In this document: piece after piece, positions 1 to 11,130 of the stretch
Position numbering within the stretch: position 1 is the first letter of the stretch
Layout of the letters: every line of letters begins with the position of its first letter
Assembly (NCBI GenBank): GCA_963768055.1
Contig: CAVYGN010000001.1
Span: 1,664,001 to 1,728,000, forward strand
Reading direction: 5' to 3'
Origin: an uncultured Spirochaetota bacterium
Lineage (GTDB): Bacteria; Spirochaetota; Brevinematia; Brevinematales; JAOACQ01
Length of the DNA stretch: 64,000 nt
The notes under the pieces: generated by a model
What the model was told of the DNA's origin: nothing
Seen by the model: only the letters and a program-made list of their open reading frames with translations
Databases searched by the model: none
Made by a program: the position numbers and the translations under genes

Positions 1-1032
1 AATATCAAGCAGATAGCCGATACGATAGCCGCCGACGGATTGAAAAGGGCAGGTTATACTTATGTCAATCTTGACGATAACTGGATGGCATCGAGCCGGG
101 ACGCTAACGGCAATCTGCAGGCCGATCCCACCCGCTTTCCTGACGGCATAACGGCTTTAGCCACTTATGTCCATAATGACGGCCTTAAATTCGGTATTTA
201 CGGAGATCATGGGTTCACCACATGCATGGGTGTCCCTCAAAGCGGAGGATACGGCAATTATCAGCGGGATGCAAATACATACGCATCCTGGGGAGTAGAT
301 TACCTTAAATATGACAATTGTAACCTGCCGGCCGGCGACAACCTATCAAATGATTATACGCAGATGGCGCAAGCCCTTATAAATAGCGGGCGTCCGATTC
401 TCTTCAGCATTTGCGCCTGGGCCTTTTACCCATGGGAGCCTGCTATCGGTAATTCATGGAGGACCACAGGAGATATCAATGACAGCTGGAGTTCGGTTTT
501 AAATAATATTTACGGAAATGCGGAGCTTTCTTCCTATGCAAAACCGGGACATTGGAATGATCCGGATATGTTAGAAGTTGGGAACGGCGGACTGAGCGAT
601 GACGAATCCTGGTCGCATTTCGCAATGTGGTGTATAATGGCCGCTCCCCTGATTATTGGAAATGATGTAAGAAGCATGACAACTAACACCCTCGGGATCC
701 TCACCAACACACTGGCGATCTCTATTGACCAGGATCCGGCCGGTATTCAAGGAACTGTTGTCGATGGAAATTTCCAAATCTGGGTAAAACCGCTCGGAAG
801 TTCAAACGGCAATATGAAGGCTGTCGCATTATTGAATACTGGAAGTGCTCCCGCCGATATTACAGTCTTATGGAATCAGATCGGTTTAAGCTCATCAGGG
901 GCTTTGGTTGTAGATTGCAGGTCGGGCGCTGTTCTTGGAACTTTCAGCACAGGTTATACCGGCAATAACATCCCCTCGCATGGTACCCTGCTTCTTATAG
1001 TGACCGCCACTTCATCGGGCAGCGGTTTTTAA
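1..1032 (+). CDS. Alpha-galactosidase, glycoside hydrolase family 27 (5'-truncated by window edge)
   Basis: Frame is open from base 1 (NIKQIADTIAADGLKRAGY...). Contains GH27 motifs YVNLDDNW, DYLKYDNC, SWRTTGDI and WNDPDMLEVGN. Confidence 0.9.
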   Translation, partial: NIKQIADTIAADGLKRAGYTYVNLDDNWMASSRDANGNLQADPTRFPDGITALATYVHNDGLKFGIYGDHGFTTCMGVPQSGGYGNYQRDANTYASWGVDYLKYDNCNLPAGDNLSNDYTQMAQALINSGRPILFSICAWAFYPWEPAIGNSWRTTGDINDSWSSVLNNIYGNAELSSYAKPGHWNDPDMLEVGNGGLSDDESWSHFAMWCIMAAPLIIGNDVRSMTTNTLGILTNTLAISIDQDPAGIQGTVVDGNFQIWVKPLGSSNGNMKAVALLNTGSAPADITVLWNQIGLSSSGALVVDCRSGAVLGTFSTGYTGNNIPSHGTLLLIVTATSSGSGF

Positions 1033-1530
1033 CTTTCTGATACATTTATCCCATTCCGCAAGGCCCTGCGGCAAGCCTGAAAAATAACGGATGATATTAT
1101 TTTTATCGGCGAATAACAAACCGGGAGAAAGTGAAATGGCGTTTCTGTAATCCTTCGTGTTTTCAATAAATACAAGGCCCCTTTCTTTCGGTAAAAAATC
1201 CCGGTGTTCCAGCGGAATTTTTCCTGAATAGAGAACGTAAATGATAACTTTGTCAGTGAACATGCTCTTCAGCCCATCGATCCGGTTGTATAAAGTCTCG
1301 AGACAATGATGACAGGTTAGATTATCAGCCATTAAGATCAATATTTTTTCCCGTCTATCGCTCTGAAAATTGAGACCTTTATTTACATTGTTAATTGCCG
1401 TTCCGTTTAAATCCGGCAGCAGCCTGCCGATTACCGAAGGCTGCTTGATCAGGTACCTGATTCCAAAAATTCCGCCCGCAAACGCCATCGCTATCAATAC
1501 AATCAAGGAGTAAGCCGTTATCTTTTTCAT
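1012..1530 (-). CDS. Membrane-anchored thioredoxin-fold-like protein
   Basis: N-terminal hydrophobic segment and a CxxC motif (CHHC) after a beta-strand-like stretch. Start placed at MKKIT. Confidence 0.5.
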   Translation of the reverse strand: MKKITAYSLIVLIAMAFAGGIFGIRYLIKQPSVIGRLLPDLNGTAINNVNKGLNFQSDRREKILILMADNLTCHHCLETLYNRIDGLKSMFTDKVIIYVLYSGKIPLEHRDFLPKERGLVFIENTKDYRNAISLSPGLLFADKNNIIRYFSGLPQGLAEWDKCIRKLKTAAR

Positions 1531-1754
1531 ATTTATATCAGTTCCAAAAAACATGTAAACTCAATGATATAATTATAACAATGTTTATTTAATATGTTAA
1601 GCTTTTATACCGGCAAGCATTCAAACGTATTAAATTTAAACATAAATCTGCGTATCTGTATTAAATAAGACGAAAAACACCAGAAAATCTTGACGAAAAT
1701 GAGTTTTCCCATTATATTTTTACATTAAAATTTATGGGATAAAGGAGAGGAAAT

Positions 1755-3383
1755 ATGGCTAAAGAGTTATTATTTTCAAGCGATGCCCACCAGAAGGTAA
1801 TGGCCGGCGTAGAGAAACTGGCCGCAGCTGTGGGCGCCACATTAGGACCGCGCGGACGGAATGTAGTTATCGATAAAAAGTTCGGCGCTCCGACAATAAC
1901 GAGGGATGGCGTAACAGTAGCCAAGGAAATCGAACTTGAAGACAGGTTCGAAAATATGGGGGCCCAGCTTGTAAAGGAAGTGGCGACCAAAACTAACGAT
2001 ATAGCTGGCGACGGAACTACAACGGCGACAGTACTGGCCTACTCCATAATAAAAGAGGGTTTCAAGAACGTTACGGCCGGCAGCAATCCGACTTTGATTA
2101 AAAAAGGAATCGACAAAGCGGTTGCGAAGGTAGTCGACGAGATCAAAAAGAATTCCAAACCTGTAGCGGGAAGAGAGGAAATTCGCGACGTAGCCGCGAT
2201 TTCCGCTAATAACGATCTTGCGATCGGGGATCACATTGCGGACGCAATGGACAAGGTCGGTAAAGACGGGGTTATCACTGTCGAAGAATCGAAAGTAATG
2301 GAAACATTCATTGAAATCGTCGAGGGTATGCAGTTCGACAGGGGATATCTTTCAGCTTATATGGTTACAAACTCCGAGAATATGACAGCAGAACTGGACG
2401 ACCCTTTCATTCTTATTTACGATAAAAAAATCTCGTCACTTAAAGAAATCGTTCCCCTTCTGGAAAAGATCGCACAGAGCGGTAAACCCCTTCTTATCAT
2501 CGCGGAGGATGTGGAGGGCGAAGCCCTTGCCACTCTCATAGTGAATAAGCTCAGGGGGACTTTGAACTGTGTTGCGGTTAAGGCGCCTGCATTCGGCGAC
2601 AGAAGAAAAGCAATGCTTGAAGATATTGCTATACTCACAAAAGCGCAGGTTATATCCGAGGAAAAAGGCATGAAACTTGAGAATACGACCTTGAATGACC
2701 TCGGGCATGCAAAAAAGATAAAAGTCGACAAGGACAATACAATATTGGTTGACGGCGCCGGTTCAAAAGAAGCCATCCAGGCCCGCGTAAAGCAGATCAA
2801 GAAGCAGATGGAGGATACGACCTCCGACTATGACAAGGAAAAGCTCCAGGAAAGGCTTGCAAAGATTTCGGGTGGGGTTGCGGTTATAAAGGTCGGCGCG
2901 GCGACCGAGGTCGAACTTAAAGAAAGGAAAGCCAGAGTCGAAGACGCCCTTTCCGCGACTAAAGCCGCAATAGAAGAAGGCATTGTTCCCGGAGGCGGCC
3001 TGTCTCTATTAAAATGTCAGAAATCCCTCGATGCTATTAAATTCGAAACTCCCGAAGAGAAGGTGGGAATCGATATCATCAGGAAAGCCCTCGAATCTCC
3101 TATGAGATTGATAGCCGATAACGCCGGCATCGACGGATCGGTAATTGTCTATAAAGCCAAGGAAATGAAAGAAGGTTTCGGTTATAACGCGCTGACGGAC
3201 GATTGGGTCGACATGATCAAGGCCGGTATTATAGATCCTGCCAAGGTCGAAAGGTCCGCCCTTCAGAATGCGGCGAGCATCGCCGGCCTTCTGCTGATCA
3301 CCGAAGTGCTTATCACCGACAAGCCTGAAAAAGAAAAGATGCCTCAGATGCCTGCCGGCGGCGGTATGGGCGATATGTATTAA
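1755..3383 (+). CDS. groEL: Chaperonin GroEL
   Basis: [20 protein letters not shown] and GMQFDRGY motifs; C-terminal GGM tail. Confidence 0.99.
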   Translation: MAKELLFSSDAHQKVMAGVEKLAAAVGATLGPRGRNVVIDKKFGAPTITRDGVTVAKEIELEDRFENMGAQLVKEVATKTNDIAGDGTTTATVLAYSIIKEGFKNVTAGSNPTLIKKGIDKAVAKVVDEIKKNSKPVAGREEIRDVAAISANNDLAIGDHIADAMDKVGKDGVITVEESKVMETFIEIVEGMQFDRGYLSAYMVTNSENMTAELDDPFILIYDKKISSLKEIVPLLEKIAQSGKPLLIIAEDVEGEALATLIVNKLRGTLNCVAVKAPAFGDRRKAMLEDIAILTKAQVISEEKGMKLENTTLNDLGHAKKIKVDKDNTILVDGAGSKEAIQARVKQIKKQMEDTTSDYDKEKLQERLAKISGGVAVIKVGAATEVELKERKARVEDALSATKAAIEEGIVPGGGLSLLKCQKSLDAIKFETPEEKVGIDIIRKALESPMRLIADNAGIDGSVIVYKAKEMKEGFGYNALTDDWVDMIKAGIIDPAKVERSALQNAASIAGLLLITEVLITDKPEKEKMPQMPAGGGMGDMY

Positions 3384-3404
3384 ACTAAACCTGGAAATAA
3401 CAGT

Positions 3405-3432
3405 GGCTGCCTGAAAAGGCAGCCCTTTTTTT
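3405..3432 (+). terminator. Intrinsic terminator after groEL
   Basis: GGCTGCCT-GAAA-AGGCAGCC hairpin followed by a T run. Confidence 0.85.
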
Positions 3433-3445
3433 AAGGAGTTTTACA

Positions 3446-4480
3446 ATGAAAGTTCTGATAATAGGCGGGACCGGCTTAATTTCTACCTCGATAGTAAATC
3501 AGCTTGTCTTGCGCGGCGACGATGTGACGGTTTACAACAGGGGAATAACCGAAAGGAGGATACCCGGATCCGTAAAAGTAATTACGGGCGACAGGTGGAA
3601 ATACGGCGAATTCGAAAATCAAATGAAAAATTACACATTCGACGCAGTAATCGACATGGTGGCCTTCGACCCTGAAAACGCCAGGTCTGTCCTGCGGGCT
3701 TTCTCAGGAAGGACGGGGCACATTGTCGTCTGCTCCACGGTCTGTGTATACGGCGGACCAATGACAAAACTGCCCGCCCGGGATGACGAGCCCCATCGAT
3801 TCGTGTCTGATTACGGAAGGAATAAATCTATGATCGAATCCATCCTTCTGGAAGCCGATGGAAAAGCGGGCATGAGAGTTACGGCGTTAAGGCCTTCACA
3901 GACTACGGGCGAAGGCGCCGTGGCAAACGGAATATTATTCGACGACAGCCTCGTCGACCGCATCAGGAAGGGCCTTCAGGTTATCGTTCATGATAACGGC
4001 CGCACCAGATGGGCGATCGCCCATGTATCCGATGTGGCAAACGGATTCGTTAATTCCCTGCAAAATCCCAGGGCTTTCGGGCATGCTTACCACCTTACAA
4101 GTTCGGAACATACTACATGGGACGGAGTTTATAACGAACTCGGCAAAGCGGCGGGCGCGATGCCGGATATCGTTCACATTCCCACCGACTGGCTTTACTC
4201 GGCCGCGCCCCGAAGGAGCGTCGGCGTAAAATATATTTATCAATACGACTCGATCTTTGACAATACAAAGGCTGAAAAAGATCTTAATTTTAAAACTACC
4301 GTTCCCCTGATGGAAACTTTCCGGAGGCAGATACACTGGATGGAGAAAACCGGGAGGGTTTTACCGGCGGAAAGCGACCGCTTCGAGGATATAATGATCG
4401 ATTCTTATAAATCGGGCGTCATGCCTCCCTCCGAGGGATGGACCGATTTTAATACCTGGGGGAATAATACTACAAACTGA
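3446..4480 (+). CDS. NAD-dependent epimerase/dehydratase family protein
   Basis: Rossmann motif VLIIGGTGLIS; YxxxK motif (YGRNK). Confidence 0.85.
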   Translation: MKVLIIGGTGLISTSIVNQLVLRGDDVTVYNRGITERRIPGSVKVITGDRWKYGEFENQMKNYTFDAVIDMVAFDPENARSVLRAFSGRTGHIVVCSTVCVYGGPMTKLPARDDEPHRFVSDYGRNKSMIESILLEADGKAGMRVTALRPSQTTGEGAVANGILFDDSLVDRIRKGLQVIVHDNGRTRWAIAHVSDVANGFVNSLQNPRAFGHAYHLTSSEHTTWDGVYNELGKAAGAMPDIVHIPTDWLYSAAPRRSVGVKYIYQYDSIFDNTKAEKDLNFKTTVPLMETFRRQIHWMEKTGRVLPAESDRFEDIMIDSYKSGVMPPSEGWTDFNTWGNNTTN

Positions 4481-4679
4481 GGGGGCCGAATCGATCAATA
4501 TGCATATTTGTTTATGAAGTAAAATACTCAATCCGCTGGTTCTATTGACTAAAAAATTAAAATTGCTTGTCAGAGTTTTCGTGCCGTCGCAAGATTTCTC
4601 GTCTCCCTCAATTTGATTTGTACTAATTATCATTATGTATTATAATATGACAGGTTTATAATTTAAGAGGGCCAAGCAA

Positions 4680-6353
4680 ATGATGAATTTCAAGAAATAC
4701 AAGCATTTCCAGCCTCTCGCCATGCCCGACAGGCAGTGGCCGTCGAAAACAATCGAAAGAGCCCCGGTCTGGTGCAGCGTCGATCTGCGCGACGGCAATC
4801 AGTCCCTGCCGATACCGATGAGCGTAGCTGAAAAGATGGAATTCTTCAAACTTCTGCTCGATATCGGGTTCAAGGAAATCGAAGTCGGTTTTCCTTCCGC
4901 TTCAGAAACGGAATACCGCTTCCTGCGGGAACTCGTCGACAACCGCCTTATACCCGATGATGTTACTATCCAGGTATTGACGCAGTCAAGAAAGCACCTG
5001 ATCGAAAAAACATTCGAATCACTTGCAGGTATAAATAAAGCTATCGTACACCTTTACAATTCGACATCCGAGCTCCAGAGAAGGGTTGTTTTCAACAAGG
5101 ATAAACCCGCTATCAAGGAAATAGCCCTCGAAGGGGCTAACATAATCGAGGAACTGGCCCATGTTTCGGGGATAAAAAATCTTGTACATGAATACTCACC
5201 GGAAAGCTTTACAGGGACGGAGCCCGATTACGCGATCGAGGTATGCGAAGCTGTAATGGAAGTCTGGCATGCAACCCCCTCGAAAAAGATAATCCTCAAT
5301 CTGCCCGCCACGGTGGAAATGGCGATGCCTAATATCTACGCGGACCAGATCGAATATTTCAATACTCATATAAGGAACAGGAACTCATGCATGATAAGCC
5401 TGCACACCCATAACGACAGGGGCACCAGCGTCGCCGCGACTGAAATGGGCCTGCTTGCCGGCGCGGAAAGGGTCGAGGGAACGCTTTTCGGCAACGGGGA
5501 AAGGACCGGCAACTCGGATATTCTGACCATAGCCCTCAATCTTTTCTCGCAGGGGATAGATCCCGAACTGGATTTCAGCAATATCAATAACGTTATTAAT
5601 TCTTATGAAAAATGCACCCGCATGACCGTCCATCCGAGGCACCCTTATGCAGGCGAGCTTGTTTATACGGCATTTTCAGGTTCTCACCAGGACGCCATCA
5701 GGAAGGGCCTCAGCATTTATGAGCTTAATAAGCCGGAATTCTGGGAAGTTCCCTATCTTCCAATAGACCCTTCGGATGTGGGGCGCGAATACGAGGCGAT
5801 CATCAGAATAAACAGCCAATCCGGGAAGGGAGGAGTGGCTTTTATAATGGAGCATAATTTCGGTTATAAACTCCCGAAGGACATGCATCCCGAATTAGCG
5901 GGAGCTGTACAGAAGGAAACCGACCTTACCGGCAAAGAGCTTGCCCCCGAACGTATTCTCGAAATTTTCAAGAAAGAGTACCTCGAAAACGATAAGCCTT
6001 TAAAGCTGCTTAAGTATAAAATAGAAGAAAACCAGTACCTTACACAGAAGGAGAACCTTGTTCACCTCCAGGCGGCAGTTCTATTGAATGGAGCCGAGAA
6101 AGAGATCGTCGGAGAGGGGAACGGGCCGATCGACGCATTTTTTCATGCAATGAAAGGCATAGATGTCCCTGATTACAAATTTGTCTCATATGATGAACAC
6201 GCGCTGAGCGAGGGATCGGATTCGAAGGCAGTCTCTTATATCTGCCTTGAGAATAGGGCGGGCGACAGGATGTACGGCGTAGGAATTGCCCAGAATATCA
6301 CTACCGCTTCGCTTAATGCTATCGTCAGCGCTATAAACAGGCTCGGGATTTAA
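4680..6353 (+). CDS. leuA: 2-isopropylmalate synthase
   Basis: WCSVDLRDGNQ, SLHTHNDRG, GNGERTGN, AFSGSHQDAI and the C-terminal regulatory GNGPIDAF motif. Confidence 0.97.
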   Translation: MMNFKKYKHFQPLAMPDRQWPSKTIERAPVWCSVDLRDGNQSLPIPMSVAEKMEFFKLLLDIGFKEIEVGFPSASETEYRFLRELVDNRLIPDDVTIQVLTQSRKHLIEKTFESLAGINKAIVHLYNSTSELQRRVVFNKDKPAIKEIALEGANIIEELAHVSGIKNLVHEYSPESFTGTEPDYAIEVCEAVMEVWHATPSKKIILNLPATVEMAMPNIYADQIEYFNTHIRNRNSCMISLHTHNDRGTSVAATEMGLLAGAERVEGTLFGNGERTGNSDILTIALNLFSQGIDPELDFSNINNVINSYEKCTRMTVHPRHPYAGELVYTAFSGSHQDAIRKGLSIYELNKPEFWEVPYLPIDPSDVGREYEAIIRINSQSGKGGVAFIMEHNFGYKLPKDMHPELAGAVQKETDLTGKELAPERILEIFKKEYLENDKPLKLLKYKIEENQYLTQKENLVHLQAAVLLNGAEKEIVGEGNGPIDAFFHAMKGIDVPDYKFVSYDEHALSEGSDSKAVSYICLENRAGDRMYGVGIAQNITTASLNAIVSAINRLGI

Positions 6354-7114
6354 GAAAATAATCCGCGGATGAATTCCCCTACAGCCCCTATTCCCTTTTC
6401 ATCGGCGATCCTTATTGTCTGTGTTCCAATTATAGCTATATCGACTTTACCTTTTAAGAAATCTATATCGTTTCTATCCTTTATACCGAACCCGATCGCG
6501 ATCGGAAGGGTTGTGGCCTTCCTGCACCTTTCAAGGTATTGATCTATCTCCGAATTGAAATCAGTCGATCGACCTGTCACACCCTTTCTCGAAACACAGT
6601 ATATGAATCCCGAGGCAAAGCCTGAAATGTACTTCATCCTTTCAAGCCCTGAAACCGGCGAATAGATAAAAATCGGGGAAAGCCCCTTCTCTTTCATGGC
6701 TTCGAGATAGAGCGACCCTTCCTCAGGCGGCAGATCCGGCACTATCGAACCCTTAATACCCCTTTGGGCCATTTCATTGACAAATTTTTCAACCCCGAAG
6801 CGGAAAAGAATATTATAATAGCTCATAAAGAGAAAAGAAATTGGAAAATCCGCCGCGACCTTTTCCGCGAAATCAAGGCATTTTGCCACTGTGATCCCGC
6901 CCTCCAGTGCGGCATGGTTTGCCTTCAGTATGACCGGTCCGTCGGCAATAGGTTCGGAAAAGGGAATCTGTAGTTCAATAAGTTCCGCTCCCGCCTCGAC
7001 CATCGATTCAACCATTTTATAAGAAGCATCGAGTGTCGGGTAACCGATGACTATATGAGTCATCAGAAGTATATTCCTGGAATTTCTTTTATCTTTTATA
7101 TATTCCTCAAGCAT
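6350..7114 (-). CDS. trpA: Tryptophan synthase alpha chain
   Basis: ELQIPFSEPIADGPVI, SRKGVTG and GFGI motifs. Start set at MLEEY, overlapping the end of trpB. Confidence 0.95.
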   Translation of the reverse strand: MLEEYIKDKRNSRNILLMTHIVIGYPTLDASYKMVESMVEAGAELIELQIPFSEPIADGPVILKANHAALEGGITVAKCLDFAEKVAADFPISFLFMSYYNILFRFGVEKFVNEMAQRGIKGSIVPDLPPEEGSLYLEAMKEKGLSPIFIYSPVSGLERMKYISGFASGFIYCVSRKGVTGRSTDFNSEIDQYLERCRKATTLPIAIGFGIKDRNDIDFLKGKVDIAIIGTQTIRIADEKGIGAVGEFIRGLFS

Positions 7115-8345
7115 TGCCGCCTCCCCTGTAGTTATCCGCTTTTTTAATAATAAAATCCTTCCATTTAGGATCATTCAGCGCATCAGCCACTGTAAATATG
7201 TCTTTATCCCCCCTGCCGGACTGATTTATGATTATACAGTCTTTTTTAGAAAACGCCGGGGCTTCCTTGAAAGCCTGGGCGAAGGCATGGGAACTTTCGA
7301 GAGCCGGGATTATGCCCTCTTTTTTCACGGTCAGAGACAAAGCATCCAGTGTTTCCCTGTCGGTCGCGGCTTCAAACCTTACCCTGCCGCTCTCTTTGAA
7401 ATCGGAAAGTATGGGGGAAACCCCGACATAATCGAGGCCGGCTGCCACGCTGTGGGTTTCAAGCATCTGCCCGTCGCTGTCCTCTAAAAAATATGTCTTA
7501 TAACCCTGGGCGACCCCTATGCTCGAGTCTTTGGAAGCAAGCCGCGCGGCATGCCTTTTAGTGTCTAGGCCCTCCCCGCCCGCCTCCACTCCGACCAGCT
7601 CGACATTATCGTTTAAAAAAGCGGAAAATATCCCGAGGGCGTTCGAACCGCCGCCGACGCATGCGTATATCCTCGCCGGAAGCCGGTTTTCCCTTTTCAG
7701 GACCTGAATCCTGGCCTCTTTGCCTATGATCGACTGGAAATATGAAACCATCGCAGGAAATGGGTGGGGGCCGCAAGCGGTTCCCAGAACGTAATGAGTA
7801 GAATCCATATTCGTAACCCAGTCCCTTAGCGCCTCGTTTATAGCGTCCTTTAAAGTCCTCGAACCGACCGTGACGGGGACTACCTCGGCTCCGAGCCTCT
7901 CCATCCAGAACACATTTGGCCTCTGGCGCATGACATCGATCTCTCCCATATAAATTGTGCAGTCGAAGCCGAATTTTGCGGCCATCGTAGCAGTCGCGAC
8001 CCCATGCTGCCCCGCGCCGGTTTCGGCTATTACACGTTTTTTTCCCATCTTTTTTACGAGAAGGCCCTGTCCCATGACATTGTTTGCCTTATGCGCACCG
8101 GTGTGGTTCAGGTCTTCCCTTTTTATATATATCCTCGCGCCGCCGAAATATTCTGTCAGGTTTCCGGCATAAGTAAGGGGCGTCGGCCTGCAGGAATATT
8201 CAGACATAATATCCTCGTATTCCTTCCAGAATGAGCTGTCAGCTCTGGCTTTTTCAAAAATATCCGTCAGGTCCCTGATTGTCGGGATAAGGATTTCCGG
8301 CATGAAGGCCCCGCCGAACTGTCCGTAATAGCCATTTTTATTCAT
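7107..8345 (-). CDS. trpB: Tryptophan synthase beta chain
   Basis: KREDLNHTGAHKANN (PLP lysine), AETGAGQHG, CVGGGSN and SGRGDKD motifs. Confidence 0.98.
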   Translation of the reverse strand: MNKNGYYGQFGGAFMPEILIPTIRDLTDIFEKARADSSFWKEYEDIMSEYSCRPTPLTYAGNLTEYFGGARIYIKREDLNHTGAHKANNVMGQGLLVKKMGKKRVIAETGAGQHGVATATMAAKFGFDCTIYMGEIDVMRQRPNVFWMERLGAEVVPVTVGSRTLKDAINEALRDWVTNMDSTHYVLGTACGPHPFPAMVSYFQSIIGKEARIQVLKRENRLPARIYACVGGGSNALGIFSAFLNDNVELVGVEAGGEGLDTKRHAARLASKDSSIGVAQGYKTYFLEDSDGQMLETHSVAAGLDYVGVSPILSDFKESGRVRFEAATDRETLDALSLTVKKEGIIPALESSHAFAQAFKEAPAFSKKDCIIINQSGRGDKDIFTVADALNDPKWKDFIIKKADNYRGGGNA

Positions 8346-9066
8346 AGATTTTTCCTCCCAGGTCCTGGTAAAAAACAAACCTGTCGGTCCTGCATAAAAG
8401 TTCGGAATAAAAAGCTTTTTTATTCTGTTTAAAATAGAGTTCTCTTTTTACTGATAGGGCAGGTTCATTGGTTCCAAGGCCGAGAAGCTTTGCCTCCCCT
8501 GCCCTGCAGAATTTTATGCCGAAACTCTGCCTGCCGCCCGCCGGAGTCAAAAAAAATTCATTCTCGATAACTCCTGAAAGGGGTTGTTTTATTAGATCGA
8601 ACTTCTCGATACCCTTGAAAAGGCCGGCATCCATAAATATATCTTCCAGGAGGACGGGAAAACCTTCGGCAATGTTCAGTCTCGACATGTGGTAAACCCG
8701 GATCCCATGAAGAGGATTCGTTTTATCTCCAGGTATTATCAATTCAAGCTTCCTTACCGTTGTCCTTCTGACCTTTATTCCCTCTTTCATGAAGGCGGCG
8801 CTGGTCCCGGCAAGAGAAAAAAGATTAACAGCCTTCGGCGCTTCGCTGACAAAAGTCCCCGAACCTTTGCGTTTCATTATAAGGCCTTTCCGGTGCAGAA
8901 GGTCAAGGGCTTGCCTGACAGTCGGGCGTCCTATCCCGTAACTGCTCGACAAAGCAGTTTCAGAAGGTACCCGGCCGCCCTTTTTCAATTCTCCCGAATC
9001 GATCATTTCCTGAAGGTCCCTGGCAAGTTGAAAATAAAGGGGAAGAGGGGAATCGGGATTGATCAT
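8338..9066 (-). CDS. GntR-family regulator, HutC/UTRA type
   Basis: PLYFQL...PSETALSSSYGIGRPTVRQAL...KGSGTFV wHTH followed by a UTRA-like C-terminal domain. Overlaps the trpB start. Confidence 0.9.
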   Translation of the reverse strand: MINPDSPLPLYFQLARDLQEMIDSGELKKGGRVPSETALSSSYGIGRPTVRQALDLLHRKGLIMKRKGSGTFVSEAPKAVNLFSLAGTSAAFMKEGIKVRRTTVRKLELIIPGDKTNPLHGIRVYHMSRLNIAEGFPVLLEDIFMDAGLFKGIEKFDLIKQPLSGVIENEFFLTPAGGRQSFGIKFCRAGEAKLLGLGTNEPALSVKRELYFKQNKKAFYSELLCRTDRFVFYQDLGGKIYE

Positions 9067-9094
9067 CGTTTTCCTCCGTAACAGTTTCAATAAG

Positions 9095-9123
9095 ATTATA
9101 AAATATATTTGTAAAGTTGTCAA
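9095..9123 (-). promoter_or_regulatory. Consensus sigma70 promoter of the gntR-trpB-trpA operon
   Basis: Minus strand reads TTGACA (9123-9118), 17 bp, TATAAT (9100-9095). Confidence 0.8.
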
Positions 9124-9325
9124 TACAGCTTTTAAGAATATTACTAAATATTTTTATACTAATATTAGAATTTAATTATAAAATACATTAAAATTTCTTA
9201 AGGGCGGTTATAATACCTCAAGAATATTATCATTTAATATAACATTTTTCTGCTTAACTCCATATGTACTTGCGCCCCTTAAAGAAGCGTTTTAAAGAAT
9301 CGTTAAAAACTAAAAAGGATCTTTT

Positions 9326-11059
9326 ATGCACCCGCTGGAAAAACATCCTATACCGGAAAAAATTAAAAATAGAATGATCTCGATTCTTATGCCCTTCCTT
9401 AACGAAGAAAAGATAATCGTTAAAAACACCCATGAAGTCATCAATGCCCTGGAGGAAATGGGGCTTAAATTTGAGATCATCCTGATCGACGACGGTTCAA
9501 AAGACCGTTCTTATGAATTACTGGCCGAAGAATTCGCTTTTAACAGCAAAGTCAGGATTGTAAGGAACATGAGGAATTTCGGCAAGGGCTGGGCTCTTAA
9601 AACCGGCTACGAATATTCAAGCGGTTATTACGTGTTGTTCCTGGATTCCGATCTCGAGCTTTCGCCCGGACATATTCCGAATTTTTTCAGGGAAATGGTA
9701 AAAGAAGATGCCGACGCGGTCATAGGGAGTAAACTCCATCCGCAGTCCGTTATCGATTACCCTTTGACGAGAAGGATCATCAGCTTATCCTATTATTTTA
9801 TTATCAGGATATTATTCGGCCTGCCGGTAATGGACTCTCAAACCGGAATAAAGCTTTTTAAGAGGGAGGCCCTGGAGTTGTCCCTTCCCAAAGTACTCGT
9901 AAAAAAATTCGCTTTTGACATCGAACTTCTCATAATTCTTGTTAAAAGAAAGAAAAAAATCGTCCCGGCCCCGATAGAACTCCGATACAGCCGGAAAAAT
10001 TTCGGAAATATAAGGTTTGAAACAGCCATGAACACCCTGATAGACACGGTTGCGATCTTTTTCAGGGACAAGGTTCTCCATTTTTATGACAGGCCTATGG
10101 GGGAAAATAAAAAATATTCTTACACATTTGTACTTTTTCCGGCAAGATACGACGAATATGAAAAAAAGAGCCTTGGGCATTTCCTGAAAATAATGTACGA
10201 CGATTACTGTGCGGTATTGATTGGGAAAAACGACATGGGTGTCAGGGACCAACGCTTGAAATTCTGTAAGTCGGAAGCAGATGATTTCAATACCCGGCTA
10301 ATGGCCGCCTGGAAAAAGGGGTTGATTACGGGTGAAATAATAATATTTTCCACACTTGAGTGTTATCCGGACGAGAGATTTTTATTTTCGGCCGGAAGGA
10401 TATTAAGCATTCCGGAGATCGGCAGTACAGGAGGGTATGTAACCCCCCGGCCGGAACATGCCCCTTTCGAAAACTTCTCATTTTCAGTACTTTCCAGCTT
10501 TTTTCTTAATCTCAACCTCGCATACCGTTATAAGCCCTTGAATTACATGGAAGTCGGCGAACTCCAGCTTAATGGCCTTTTCATTAAAAGAGATTGCCTG
10601 AAAATGGAAAATATGTCAGGAGTACAAAATACAAAGCTCGAATACAGCCTGGGAAGCTGGGTAAGGGTTTGCGGAAGAAAGATCGCTTACAGTCCGGACA
10701 TCATTCTTTACAAAAAGTTCCCGGACAGTCCGAAAGAACTGATCGATTATGTCAGGACAAGTTCTTCCCAGCGTGCCCGACAGTTCAGAAAAAACCGGAT
10801 AAATAAACGCACAAGGATCAGAGACAATTTTTATATACTATCTGTTTTATTACTTATATTTATCCTGGCGGATATCATAGCCCCGTTTTATTTTCATAAT
10901 ATCCTTTTCGCCGCGCCTTTAATCCTGTATTATTCGTTTATGCTCTTTTGCAGGGTATTGTTTTACGGTTTGAAAGACGGGCTGAAGAGCTTCATATACC
11001 TCGCCTATCTTCAGATCGTATATGGCGTCAGGTTCCTGGCGGGCCTGATCGGAAAATAG
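9326..11059 (+). CDS. Glycosyltransferase family 2 with a second degenerate GT-like domain and C-terminal TM helices
   Basis: IDDGSKD, NFGKG, FLDSD and DSQTGIK motifs; hydrophobic C-terminus. Confidence 0.85.
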   Translation: MHPLEKHPIPEKIKNRMISILMPFLNEEKIIVKNTHEVINALEEMGLKFEIILIDDGSKDRSYELLAEEFAFNSKVRIVRNMRNFGKGWALKTGYEYSSGYYVLFLDSDLELSPGHIPNFFREMVKEDADAVIGSKLHPQSVIDYPLTRRIISLSYYFIIRILFGLPVMDSQTGIKLFKREALELSLPKVLVKKFAFDIELLIILVKRKKKIVPAPIELRYSRKNFGNIRFETAMNTLIDTVAIFFRDKVLHFYDRPMGENKKYSYTFVLFPARYDEYEKKSLGHFLKIMYDDYCAVLIGKNDMGVRDQRLKFCKSEADDFNTRLMAAWKKGLITGEIIIFSTLECYPDERFLFSAGRILSIPEIGSTGGYVTPRPEHAPFENFSFSVLSSFFLNLNLAYRYKPLNYMEVGELQLNGLFIKRDCLKMENMSGVQNTKLEYSLGSWVRVCGRKIAYSPDIILYKKFPDSPKELIDYVRTSSSQRARQFRKNRINKRTRIRDNFYILSVLLLIFILADIIAPFYFHNILFAAPLILYYSFMLFCRVLFYGLKDGLKSFIYLAYLQIVYGVRFLAGLIGK

Positions 11060-11073
11060 AAAATGTTTTACGC

Positions 11074-11104
11074 AAAAAACCCCGTCCATTTGTAAAGGAC
11101 GGGG
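11074..11104 (-). terminator. Intrinsic terminator after groES
   Basis: CCCCGTCC...GGACGGGG stem with a T6 tail on the minus strand. Confidence 0.75.
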
Positions 11105-11130
11105 ATGCGTTAAATTGTTATTATCGATTA

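Noticed and set aside
4480..4680. Leu leader peptide before leuA
   Set aside because: No Leu-rich uORF with a terminator was found.
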